DNA from: Eledone cirrhosa
Taxonomy: Eukaryota
Reading direction: 5' to 3'
Length of the DNA: 64,000 bases
Assembly: GCA_964016885.1 (NCBI GenBank)
Contig: OZ024746.1
Location: 40,052,001 to 40,116,000, forward strand
Part shown: positions 26,991-39,235 of the stretch, piece after piece
How positions within the stretch are numbered: position 1 is the stretch's first letter
How the letters are laid out: each line of letters opens with the position of its first letter
The notes under the pieces: model-generated
What the model was told of the DNA's origin: nothing
Databases searched by the model: none
What the model saw: the letters and a program-made list of their open reading frames with translations, nothing else
Program-made: the position numbers and the translations under genes

Positions 26991-28639
26991 AATTTTTTTT
27001 CTCTCGTCTACGATTTCACAGAACTTATGTTTTACCGAATTCGCAGACCAGACCCCTTCTTCCTCCCGTTAGACCTGTGCGAAATTCCTTCCTTGCTCAC
27101 ATTTCAACCAGGTTTGATGGTCTTTATTCTCTCGTTCACGATTTCACCGAACTTAAATTCATAGAAATCTGGGACTTGTCTCCTTCTTCCTCACTTTCTG
27201 TTGCCTCACCATTTTATTTGTTTACCCTCGTGTCCCCTTTATTTACGTGTCCCAACGACTTTTTTTAGCCGTTGCTCGCACCAACCGGAGGTATATGGTC
27301 TTTAAAGCGATGAAATGCCTATGATAGTTGGAAGATCACTGATGAAGGACAAACTTTTTTCATATGTAACTCATTTGCAACTCCGCAGCGCCCTTATTAT
27401 CATATTTACACATATTTTTTCCTCTGCTGCTACACCGTCTTTTTCGTTCTATGTATCTTTACCCTTTCTAGCAGTCTCTCTCTCTGTTAGCCTCTTCCTC
27501 ACCTCACCCTTCACTCACTCATTCTCTGTCACTACCTCTCCTCCTCCTCTTTCTTCTCGTTTGACCTGTGAGTAATTCTTTTCTCTCACATTCTCGGCCA
27601 AGCTGGTCGGAATTTTTTCTCTCTCGTCTACGATTTCACAGAACTTATGTTTACCGAATTCGCAGACCAGACCCCTTCTTCCTCCCGTTAGACCTGTGCG
27701 AAATTCCTTCCTTGCTCACATTTCAACCAGCTTTGATGGTCTTTATTCTCTCGTTCACGATTTCACCGAACTTAAATTCATAGAAATCTGGGACTTGTCT
27801 CCTTCTTCCTCACTTTCTGTTGCCACACCATTTTGTTTGTTTACCCTTGTGTCCCCTTTATTTACGTGTCCCAACGACTTTTTTTAGCCGTTGCTCGCAC
27901 CAACCGGAGGTATATGGTCTTTAAAGCGATGAAATGCCTATGATAGTTGGAAGATCACTGATGAAGGACAAACTTTTTTCATATGTAACCAATTTGCAAC
28001 TCCGCAGCGCCCTTATTATCATATTTACACATATTTTTTCCTCTGCTGCTACACCGTCTTTTTCGTTCTATGTATCTTTACCCTTTCTAGCAGTCTCTCT
28101 CTCTCTGTTAGCCTCTTCCTCACCTCACCCTTCACTCACCCATTCTCTGTCACTACCTCTCCTCCTCCTCTTTCTTCCCGTTTGACCTGTGAGTAATTCT
28201 TTTCTCTCACATTCTCGGCCAAACTGGTCGGAATCTTTTCTCTCTCGTCTACGATTTCACAGAACTTATGTTTACCGAATTCGCAGACCAGAGCCCTTCT
28301 TCCTCCCGTTAGACCTGTGCGAAATTCCTTCCTCGCTCACATTTCAACCAGGTTTGATGGTCTTTATTCTCTCGTTCACGATTTCACCGAACTTAAATTC
28401 ATAGAAATCTGGAACTTGTCTCCTTCTTCCTCACTTTCTGTTGCCACACCATTTTGTTTGTTTACCCTCGTGTCCCCTTTATTTACGTGTCCCAACGACT
28501 TTTTTTAGCCGTTGCTCGCACCAACCGGAGGTATATGGTCTTTAAAGCGATGAAATGCCTATGATAGTTGGAAGATCACTGATGAAGGACAAACTTTTTC
28601 ATATGTAACCCATTTGCAACTCCGCAGCGCCCTTATTAT
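26991..28639. repeat. ~620-bp tandem repeat, ~2.65 units, TA-flanked
   Basis: CTCTCGTCTACGATTTCAC at 27001, 27621 and 28242; units are nearly identical. Confidence 0.95.
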
Positions 28640-29109
28640 ATATATATATATTATAAAGCTGATGGCCGTATGTATGTAACAAACTCTTCGCCAAACGGCT
28701 GGACCAAAAAGCACCAAATTTGCACCATAGATGTAACTTTTTCCAAGTAAGAAAGTGAAGGTATTTTTGTCTTCTAAACTTCGTTAAAAGATTAAAGATA
28801 TTTTATCGTTTATTTAAATATTCACTTCTTTAAAATTTTCAAATGTCAACACTTCCGGTTATACGACATTCCTCTCTCTTTCTTAGTCTGTCTTTTTAGA
28901 TAGATACATAACTATAACGTCGGCCCTTATGATATGTCTCTGTATGTCTGGCTGTCTGCATTAGATACATAGCTATAACGTCGCACGCTTATAATATCTG
29001 TCTGCCTGGCTGCCTGTCCGCATTGACTTCGCTTCTAACCAATTTTTAATTAATTCAGTGCAAAGATACCGCACGCCCTCTCAATAATTAATTATATATA
29101 TATATATAA

Positions 29110-29420
29110 TTAGTAATAATAATAAATGTGAAGACTAAAATCCAAAGAGGGCTCGATAAGGATAAATATATATCAACTATATAAGAACCCTAGAGCAAAT
29201 ATTGTTCTCATTGATGACGTATTATCTTCGCTTTTTTCCGTTCATTGCCAGGTAACGTCTTCACAAACCAAAGTATCGTCTTCCTGTTTTCCTTCGGTTG
29301 CAACGTTTTTCGAAATATTTACTTCTGCGTTCACAGATTGATTTTTTTAGTTCCAGAAGATCTCGTTAAGGGTGAAAGCAGCGATTCTTTGCTTAAACTT
29401 TAATCTGTTATTTTAATATA
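29110..29420 (+). mobile_element. TA-flanked family E element nested in the Helitron
   Basis: Ends match 5695-5835 (reverse complement) and 26844-26895. Confidence 0.7.
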
Positions 29421-29613
29421 TATATATAATTATATATTCGTGTACAGATAGTTTTGCATACACAAAAACAAAATATAAACAAACGTATTTATTTCACGAA
29501 AGCACAGACGGCTTATCGTCATTGTTACTACCGATATGCCACCCAAAAAGTCCCAGCCTGGCCGCAACTTCAGAGTTTCCAGAAGAAAAAATGTTACTAG
29601 AGCAACAGAAAGA

Positions 29614-29811
29614 CTAAGCTTCACGATTACCATCAACAAAGTTCAGGGTCAAACCCTAAAAGTGGCTGGCCTTCATCTGGGAAAACTATGCTTTTCCCAT
29701 GGTCAATTGTATGTAGGATACTCTAGAGTGAGCTCGCCAAACAATCTCTTCATCTTTACTCCCGAGGGCCGAACAAAATATATTGTATACTCTGAGGCTC
29801 TAACAATGTAA
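29614..29811 (+). pseudogene. Helitron PIF1-like helicase fragment (motifs V-VI)
   Basis: SFTITINKVQGQTL..GLHL..CFSHGQLYVGYSRV..TKYIVYSEAL. Confidence 0.9.
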
Positions 29812-30275
29812 TTTATGTATTTTCTGTTATTTGGAATTTACATTATGGTTGTACAAATTATTGTAAAGTTTGTTAAAAAATGTGTTCTCTGTTCAGCCTT
29901 TATTGTTGCTTAACTATCAATTATCTTTAACGTACTGGCTGCTGAATTGGGGAATCCTAAAAACTATTCAAACCCAACATCAGAGCACGTTAACCCCCCC
30001 CCCCCCCTCCTCGCTGACTTGAGAGGGCATGCGGTATCTTTGAACTGGAGTGGAGGGGGGATTCCTGAAAAGATAAAATGCCGGTATACCTAACCGACCG
30101 CCAGCCGGACGAGCCAACTAGTATCTATCTATCTGAAGCGAGTAAAATTCCCGAGATCCATGGACGAGTTCTCTCCAGCGGTCTCTGTCCCTCATTATCG
30201 CTGCCATGTCCTGCGTCTCCAACAGACCAGTGTCTGTCCTTAGGGCATCAACATACGTATATATATATATATCAA

Positions 30276-30327
<52 letters not shown>

Positions 30328-30348
30328 GGTGTATATATATATGTGTGT

Positions 30349-30404
<56 letters not shown>

Positions 30405-31320
30405 TTGTGCATATCTAAATGGGAATGCCTTTGTCAGTATGTATGCTCTATGTAAGTTTGTGAACAATACAATAATATACAGTTATACATTTTTCAACAA
30501 TTTTGAAGATAAGCAATACAAATAGATTTACGTCATGGCGTAGCTATTGATATTGTATTTACTAAGTATAAATTTAGATTTTCTATCGTTTAGATCGTAA
30601 GAAGTTTTATAAAACATTATCATAAATACATACAAAATTTTCATAAATAATCAAAATTCATCATTTTATCTCTATCCGCTTCCTAAGTTGCCTTTTTCAC
30701 TCATATCTTTAATCGATAACTTATTTATTTGTTTAGCTATTTATTTATCCACTTATTTTATTTGCTTTCATTTTTAATTTCGATTTCATTTACTTGTCGA
30801 AAATATTCTTTTATTGTTATTATGATATATTGAAAGAAATAATTTTAATCCTTTTTTGTTTTGTTTTTTTCTTCAGTCGTCTGCTTTCATTTTCCCTGGT
30901 TTGCTGTGTTCTTTGCTTTCAGTTATTTTCTTTGATATTTTCAATTACAATACACATTCTAAAAACGAAATCTGTTTCCCTTCTTGCTTGTCCAGATATT
31001 TTAACCCAACTGGTTCTATTCTACTCCAACCTAGATATTTCCTTACACTTGTTCATCTATCTTCCCTTTCCTGTGCATATATTTTATCTAATTTTATCTG
31101 CAAACTATTGTATTCCCTACCTAGATTACTTTTCTCAATTTCCTTCAAATTTATTTTGTAATTTTTTTGTTTTGTTTTCTATTCAATATTTTCATGTGCC
31201 AGTGGTGTATACAGGCGATTCAATATCTTCCACCTCATCCATTAAAATAAAGATTTATGTAGTGTCAGGGAAAATATTCTCGTATTTTTATTTTGAGTGA
31301 ACTAAGTAATATATATATAA

Positions 31321-31371
<51 letters not shown>

Positions 31372-31376
<5 letters not shown>

Positions 31377-31602
31377 TCCACCTGGTATCTTACCACACCT
31401 TATTTGTTTATATATATATCTAAACAAATAAGGTGTGGTAAGATACCAGGTGGACCATAACACACCAGAGTACTCGATACTTAGGGTAGTAGAGTGAGTA
31501 ATATGAAAAGAGTTGGGTCCCCGACAGCTAAATCCAAACAGTTCGGATTTAGCTGTCGAAACGCCCGAAGCTCAGCCGTTGGGGTCCTGACTCTTTTCAT
31601 AT
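31372..31602. mobile_element. family C element with two fold-backs
   Basis: Perfect ~38-bp inverted arms ATGGTCCACCTGG..TTTGTTTA around a TA loop (~31373-31458); second inversion ATATGAAAAGAGTTGGGTCCCC / GGGGTCCTGACTCTTTTCATAT. Confidence 0.8.
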
Positions 31603-31698
31603 ATGTATATTAACCCACTCGATATGCAAATTGGGCTACTCACCCGTTAATATGCATAAGGAAAGTATATACTTTCGGACGTTCAACTATCTGGCAGG

Positions 31699-31753
31699 AA
31701 GGTATACGTTGCTGACGATAGCTAACAAGCTTGAAACTAGTACAGCGTTCCTT
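31699..31753 (+). ncRNA. type I hammerhead ribozyme
   Basis: Stem I ACGTTG/CAGCGT extended by AAGG/CCTT; CTGACGA 31712-31718; stem II AGCT-AACA-AGCT; GAAA 31733-31736; palindromic ACTAGT; GUA cleavage site after 31742. Confidence 0.82.
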
Positions 31754-32128
31754 TGTCAGTGTTGAACAAACGAGCAACGGTAGTTGCTAGACACTACGGC
31801 TTAATACAGGTTGTTTGTTTACAAACACACCGAGCATTATAATAAATGTTTGGTGAATCCATACGTACATATATATATATGTTTGCATGTATGTATGTAT
31901 ATATACATACTACTGTACGTCTGTATACATATATGTATGTACGTGTACATACTTATATTTAAGTAACAGCCGTACTAAGAGTGGGAAATGAAATTTCGTT
32001 TCATTTTTTCCGTTTATCGTTTTCCGTGCACCCAGCCGATTATCCCACTCGATATGCAAATTGGGCTACTCAGCCGTTAATATGCATAAGGAAAGTATAT
32101 ACTTTTGGACGTTCAACTATCTGGCAGG

Positions 32129-32183
32129 AAGGAATACGTTGCTGACGATAGCTAACAAGCTTGAAACTAGTACAGCGTTTCTT
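32129..32183 (+). ncRNA. type I hammerhead ribozyme (second copy)
   Basis: Same motif: CTGACGA 32142-32148, GAAA 32163-32166, site after 32172. Confidence 0.82.
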
Positions 32184-32497
32184 TGTCAGTGTTGAACAAA
32201 CGAGCACTTAACGAGCAACGTTAAGTGACTAATCTCAGTCACTTAACGCCAAGGAAACCGGAGATAACGCCCTCTGGTGAGCCTAGAACAGACTTTAACT
32301 ATCTAGAGGTGTTTCTATCCTGCAGTATCAGTTTACAGCTCGATGGATTCTGTCGTTTTATATGTAGAGGCTATCCTTCGTTTGCTCACCTGGTGTTGAG
32401 GTGTTCATGATTTTCTTTTTTTCTTTGGTGGGTGTATGTGTATTAGTGTTCTTGCTGTCACTATTAAAAGTTGTCATTATCATTGTTCATGTTGAGG

Positions 32498-32912
32498 GTG
32501 GTGGATTGTGGCATCCGTCTCTTCACGTTCTGAGTTCAAATCCTTACGGGAGCGATAAAATACCAGTAACGCACTGGGGTATATTTAATCGGCTTTTCCC
32601 TCCCCAAAAATTGTTGGTCTTGTGCCTAAAATCGGAAATCATTATCGTCGTTGATGTAGGCCGGTATATTAGCAGAATACGTTGTGTCTGAGAAAATATT
32701 TTACAGCATTTAGTTAGGGCCATGTACGTCTTGAGTCCAAGTTCCACCGAAGTCAATTTTGTTTATCAACCATCCGAGGATAAATAAAATAATGTACGAA
32801 TGACGTGACAGTTACATTATTTAATCAACATTTATTTAAAGTACCGGGCTCCATGTAATCGACTTCCCCTCCCCATAAATTGTTGACTCTGTACTTAAAT
32901 TAGAAACCATTA
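32498..32912 (+). mobile_element. two degenerate family 1 SINEs
   Basis: B-box, GATAAAATACCAGTA and GTGCCTAAA tail motifs. Confidence 0.7.
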
Positions 32913-33477
32913 TTGTTCATGTTGGTTCTATTCGTGTTTTTGTCGTGTGTTGGGATTCTCATGGTTAGTGTTGTTGTTGTTGTTGTTGTGCAGTACGATG
33001 TCGTAGTTGTTGTTGCTATTACTGCTGCTACTATTGCCACTGTTGCTGCTACTACTGCTGCTATTGCTGCTACTGCTGTTGTCGTTGTCTTCCGTGATTG
33101 TTGTAGTTGTTAGTTCTGTTGTCGCCAAACTTAAAACTTCCTTTTTAAAGCATGATCTATTTTGGCAGCATTAACAAACAACAAAACCCTGCATTATGAA
33201 GGATAATCTGCAGAATTAAGGTAGTGGGTGTGTGAGTAGTTTGGTGAATAAGGGTTTAGGGAGTTGTAGGGTGATGACTAAGAATAATGGCTTAGAATCG
33301 ATGAAAAATGCCAGCCAGGTATGCGTTCCATTAAAACAGTTCGATTAAAGAGAGGAATGCAATATCAATGATATTTTGGATCACTTCCACTAAATAATAT
33401 CACGCAAGAATTGAACTAAATTTTGAAAAGATAGAACTACCAAAAACCAAAACGAAAAAAAGATAAATAAAGATAGC

Positions 33478-33521
<44 letters not shown>

Positions 33522-33819
33522 CGATAATAATAATAATGGAAAAATTAGATAAAATAGGGATTTGTGGAGTAGATTAGATGGAATATGATATATAGATATA
33601 TGGTGAGCAGTGCTTCCGCGGAGATTGGAAGGTGAAGTTCAATGCTTTTTGTTAGTGTTGAAAAATAAAATTGGTTGGGAAGAAATCAATAAGACACTAT
33701 GAAGAAATTTAATCGTTTGGGATATTACAAAAAAGAAAAGAATTGCTTGATGTGAGACCTGCTTATATATAAAAAAAAAAAATCCTTTATATTATGAAGA
33801 CTTGTAACGGCTGCATTCA

Positions 33820-34270
33820 CAGCCGGCGCCTAGGTATTTAGAGCCCTAGGCTAGCCCTGCAATGTAGTCTCCCTTCACCCAATCACGCACCACGTTCTTT
33901 AAAATCAAAAAATTTCTTCTTACAGCTTGGTAAGCTGATAAACCTAAATTTTTACACTTCTTGCTCTGGTCACTATAAGAAAATTATTTTACTAAAAATG
34001 ACTGTATTTTCCACTACACAGTCCACATTCACCTACGCCAAATGATATGACATGTCATAACACTATACGAGCCACTCCACCACTTTGGATATTTCCACAA
34101 CGCTGCTAAGCTGTAGAATTATTTCATTGTTTATTTAATCACAGGAAATAATTATATATTTAAATATACAAATTTAAGTTAAAATGTGCTCCTTTAACTG
34201 CAGTAATGTGTTATCTGAGATGTGCGCCACGGGCGGCTGCCTAGCTGCCTCTTCTCTAATGCTCTACCAA
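33820..34270 (+). mobile_element. hAT-like non-autonomous DNA transposon (MITE), diverged
   Basis: Collinear with the reverse complement of 51325-51772; GC-rich termini (AGCCGGCGCC..; GGCGGCTGCCTAG) around an AT-rich core. The hAT assignment is an inference. Confidence 0.6.
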
Positions 34271-34334
34271 TTTTGCTAATCGTAAAAAGCCAGGACAATT
34301 TCTGTAAGTCCTTTTGTCTGATGTTCATTATCTC

Positions 34335-35445
34335 TGTAGAGAGATATAGAAGTAGAGAGGTAGAGATGTAGAGAAGTAGAGAGGTAGAGAGGTAGAGAGG
34401 TAGAGAGGTAGAGTGGCAGAGAGGTAGAGAGGTGGAGAGATAGAGAGATAGAGAGGTAGCGAGATAGAGAGATAGAGAGATAGAGAGGTAGAGAGGTAGA
34501 GAGATAGAGACGTAGAGAGATAGAGACGTAGAGAGATAGGGAGGTGGAGAGGTAAAGAGATAGAGGGGTACAGAGGTGGAGAGGTAAAGAGATAGAGGGG
34601 TAGAGAGATAGAGAGGTAAAGAGATAGAGAGGTAGAGAGATAGAGAGGTAGAGAGGTAGAGAGGTAGAGAGGTAGAGTGGTAGAGATGTAGAGAGGTAGA
34701 GAGGTGGAGTGATAGAGAGGTAGAGAGATATAGAAGTAGAGAGGTAGAGAGGTAGAGAGATAGAGAGATAGAGAGGTAGAGAGAGAGAGAGATAGAGGGG
34801 TAGAGAGGTGGAGAGATAGAGAAGTAAAGAGATAGAGGGGTAGAGAGATAGAGAGGTAGAGAGATAGCGGGGTAGAGAGGTAGAGAGGTAGAGACATAGA
34901 GAGGTAGAGAGGTGGAGAGATAGAGAGGTAAAGAGATAGAGAGGTAGAGAGGTAGAGAGGTAGAGACATAGAGAGGTAGAGAGGTGGAGAGGTAGAGAGG
35001 TAGAGACATAGAGAGGTAGAGAGGTGGAGAGATAGAGAGGTAAAGAGATAGAGAGGTAGAGAGGTAGAGAGGTAGAGACATAGAGAGGTAGAGACATAGA
35101 GAGGTAGAGAGGTAGAGAGATAGAGAGGTAAAGAGGTAGAGAGGTAGAGAGATAGAGAGGTAGAGAGGTAGGAAGGTAGAGAGGTAGAGAGATAGAGAGT
35201 TAGAGACGTAGAGAGATAGAGAAGTAAGGAGATAGAGGGGTAGAGAGATAGAGAGGTAGAGAGATAGAGGGGTAGAGAGATAGAGAGATAGAGAGGTAGA
35301 GAGATAGAGAGTTAGAGACGTAGAGAGATAGAGAAGTAAAGAGATAGAGGGGTAGAGAGATAGAGAGGTAGAGAGATAGAGGGGTAGAGAGATAGAGAGA
35401 TAGAGAGGTAGAGAGATAGAGAGGTAGAGAGGTGGAGAGGTAAAG
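34335..35445. repeat. 8-bp purine-rich minisatellite (AGAGAGGT/AGAGAGAT)
   Basis: Direct reading. Confidence 0.95.
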
Positions 35446-36404
35446 AAGAATGAGGTGGAAATGTGGAGAGGTGTCTGTATTTAGAAAGTGAGGAGTTGTT
35501 GAAGACACTTGAGATGTGACAACAGTATCGTTTAATAAAACAAGTCAGAGTAAGATGGTTTCACGTCTGTTCTCCATTTATTTCGTTACTGCCAACAGAA
35601 AACATCATTTATCATGTTTCGGCTTACCATACATAGTCTTCTAACTAACTTTTCACAGTATACACCCAACTGTCAACACTAAGTGACCAGAGATAATGTA
35701 ATCCGCTTCCCAACTCTAAATTTACTTATCTCTGTCTCTTCCTCATATTTTATCAATATTTCATCGATGTATGCTTTAGTGTCAATGTTACTGTACATGT
35801 CCGTATATTGTATTTTTAAACATTTCATGAGTAGTCTTGTTCATGTGTGTGAGTATGTGTTTGTGTATACATGTGTGCGTATGTTTGTTTGTATGTGTGG
35901 GGGAGGGGGTGTCTGTGTGTGCGTGCGTATAACTGGGTTGGGTCAGCGAATACCACTTGAGAAAAAAAATTACTCCTATATAAGGCGAGTTACATGAAAC
36001 CCAAAGTAAATTTTTAAGTACTAGTTTTCACAAGCGCCCTAACACACATGCGTCTTTATATATATGTGTGTGTGTATGTGTATATGTGTGTGTGCGTTTA
36101 TTTTATTATAGAAATGACTTCTATAAGGAATAATGAAATAAAGAATTACCATTCGATTCTCTGTTCGGGAAACCAATGATATCTCTGATAAGTTGTAGAA
36201 AGCTCTAAAACTGCACTATAAAATTAACCATGAATGAGATTGCCATGACATGGGCTGGAACGCCTGATGGAGTCGTAAAGGTGCTGTCGTGTTACACGGC
36301 TTGTTTGAGGCTATTTAACCCTGACTGAGCCCATCCCTTTCTCAATTTGGGCACAACCAAGTACTTCCAGAGAAAGAAAAATATAGAAATGATAAAGAAA
36401 CAGA

Positions 36405-36540
36405 GAGAATGGATCAACCCCAGTACTGGACTGCAAAAGGAAAAGTTGACTTCGGATGACTTCAGAGCACAGAGAGCTAAAACGAATGTTCCCAAACATT
36501 CAACATGACCTTCTAACGATTCTACCAATTCGCCGCTACT
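36405..36540 (-). mobile_element. degenerate family 1 SINE
   Basis: CCCCAGTACT, AAAGTTGACTTCGG and TTCTAACGATTCTACCAATTC motifs. Confidence 0.55.
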
Positions 36541-36690
36541 TAGGCGAGATTAGTGCTGTTAAAGCTTGGTTGGTAGCGTTTTTTCTCTATTACATAGAAA
36601 ATTCAGCCCCTCTATTTATTTTGAAGATATTCTGGTCTTCACACTTTTTATTTTGTACACCTCCAAGAAATACTACACCGTCACATATGC

Positions 36691-36721
<31 letters not shown>

Positions 36722-36750
36722 AGTGTGTGTGTGTGTATGTATAAACACAG

Positions 36751-36876
<126 letters not shown>

Positions 36877-36980
36877 TTTGACTCTGTACATTACATAGGG
36901 CGATTTTTTTTTTCCTTGATCTTATCTTCAGAAACTTTTGACACTATATATACATATACAGAGAGAGAGAGACTAGTGGC

Positions 36981-37061
<81 letters not shown>

Positions 37062-37426
37062 CTACAAATACACCAACCTCGAGGTCTACATCTTCTCCCT
37101 ATAGTTGTGCGTATGTGTGTCTTCTTTTCTATCCTGTCATTTCTATTAAAATAATTTAATTTCCTTTTATTCGGATTCATTTAATAGCTGAAATTTGAGT
37201 AACATACTCGTATGTATATATGTAAGTATGCATGTATGTATGTATGTATGTATGTGTGTATGTATGTGTATGTATATATATATATATATATATACTCTGC
37301 TCTGTTAGAGCATCGAGTGCTCAAACGGCATACAGCTTACGGACGCTTTAAGCATCCCACGCCAATTATATTTATATATATTTATATATATATATGTGTA
37401 TGTATGTATATGTATAAGTGCATACA

Positions 37427-37477
<51 letters not shown>

Positions 37478-39235
37478 CTGTATATATATATACTTGCGTG
37501 TATATATATACGTATGTATGCATGCACACATACGGTTTCACATACATACGTGTATATATGATTACATACATAATCTAATAAAAAAGAAACATTTAAGTTG
37601 ATACGTGTGTGCATGATTTTGTGTCAGTTTTGTATGTGTGTATGTATCTCTTTCTCACTTCCTTTCTCTCGCTCTCTATCCTTCTTTGGAAGAAATCTGT
37701 TGTATTCAAACTTGGAGGAGATGGGCTCCACCAGATTTTAAAATGCCCTAGAATCACCGTATTTATTACGGCGCCCTTACGACTCTCAGAAGTTACGGGA
37801 CTATGCAGGCATACATATGGTTAAGTAGTTCGAACAATTAGGATAATCATCGTCGAAAGCGATGGAAGATCAATTTATTTTACTTACATACATACATATA
37901 TGCGTACTCATTCATACGTATGGAAGACATTGCTGTCTTTATGTGGGTGTCGGCGTTTATATTTGAACAAATATACAGAAATTGGAAACTGCATAATACG
38001 CCATTGAGAATGAGAATTACTTCGCTCCCTACACCTGTCTCGTCTGTGTAGTACTTATTACTCCACATATCTATCGTTAACAAACCATTCAGAGGCTTGT
38101 ATTAAAACGCGTGTCTTCTATTCATTCAAGACAATATCTATCTATGAAAATTATCAATGAAAAGTGAAAATTATACGCAGCTCTGCTTGATAAAAGCAAT
38201 ACCAGCTTCTAGTAATTTGCTTTGAAACATACTGCTGCATAAAAGCATTTTAATATTTATTAGTCCATGTTTACAATGATGTTGGGGAGAAAAACTGCTG
38301 ATTTGCAGAAGAGGAAAACGTGTATTTGATTTGTCTAGGAAAAGGACCTACAAACAGTTATATTCTTTGCTTATCTATTTAATTGGAATCATTCTGTGAC
38401 AATATTGTACTGCTAACTTGTATTTAGTGGTACTTTAACAAAGGGAATATAATTTGGACCAAGTGGAATATAAGAAGAGAATTTTTGAAAGTGCAAATCA
38501 AATCATTAGACTTCCTTTTAAATATATAAAGAATGAAGTTTATGCGTATTTTTCTTTTTTTCTTTTTTTCTTTTTTTCTTTTTTTCTTTTTTTCTTTTTT
38601 TCTTTTTTTCTTTTTTTCTTTTTTTCTTTTTTTCTTTTTTTCTTTTTTTCTTTTTTTAGAAAATATAAACCAATAATGTTCAGAGGACGTTTAAAGCAAT
38701 TGAAAACACAGAAATATTCTAAATTTTGGTCAATTTTTTTTTTGTTACTGTTGTTGTTTTGTTTTTCTTTGTTGTTTTTGTTTTTATCTAATGTTAGTAA
38801 ATTATAGCAATAAATATATTGTCAAAATACGTTGTTCTTGGTTTGTTTTACTTTTGTTTTCTTTTTGATTTGTTTGTTGTTGTTTTTGTTGTTGATTATT
38901 TTATGCTATTTTCGTTTTTGTTGGGTTTTTTGTTTTGGTTTTGGTTTTGTTTTTATATAACTTTCACAGCATTGTAAATAAACATTGCGGTTTCGCACAA
39001 TTACTGGTTTCGATTGACAAGCTGCAGAACCTCCTATATTTCTAAAAAGGAATCCAGATTTAACTAAAGTTCGTTAGTTTCAGCAAAAGATCAAAACTGA
39101 AATGGATTCACTTCGAACTTTACCTTTTGCTCTAGGAAGTTAATAAAATTTTCTGGCAAATAATAGCGTGAGATATTTGACAAGAGATTTAGAGATAGTG
39201 AACTTTTGAATTAATCTTTTATTTTTTTATTTTAT

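Larger units (their letters stand above)
28645..30121 (+). mobile_element. non-autonomous/deleted Helitron
   Basis: Helitron-like 5' region (TATAAAGCTG..GTATGTATG..AAACGGCTGGACC), helicase C-terminal fragment, and CTAG terminus at 30118-30121 followed by T. Confidence 0.7.
31614..32220 (+). mobile_element. retrozyme/Penelope-LTR-like partial tandem (family A), 430-bp period
   Basis: CCCACTCGATATGC..AAACGAGCA at 31614 and 32044; each unit contains a hammerhead. Confidence 0.8.

Noticed and set aside
34194-35508. LYLSTSLP repeat ORFs
   Set aside because: Artefact of the 8-bp minisatellite.
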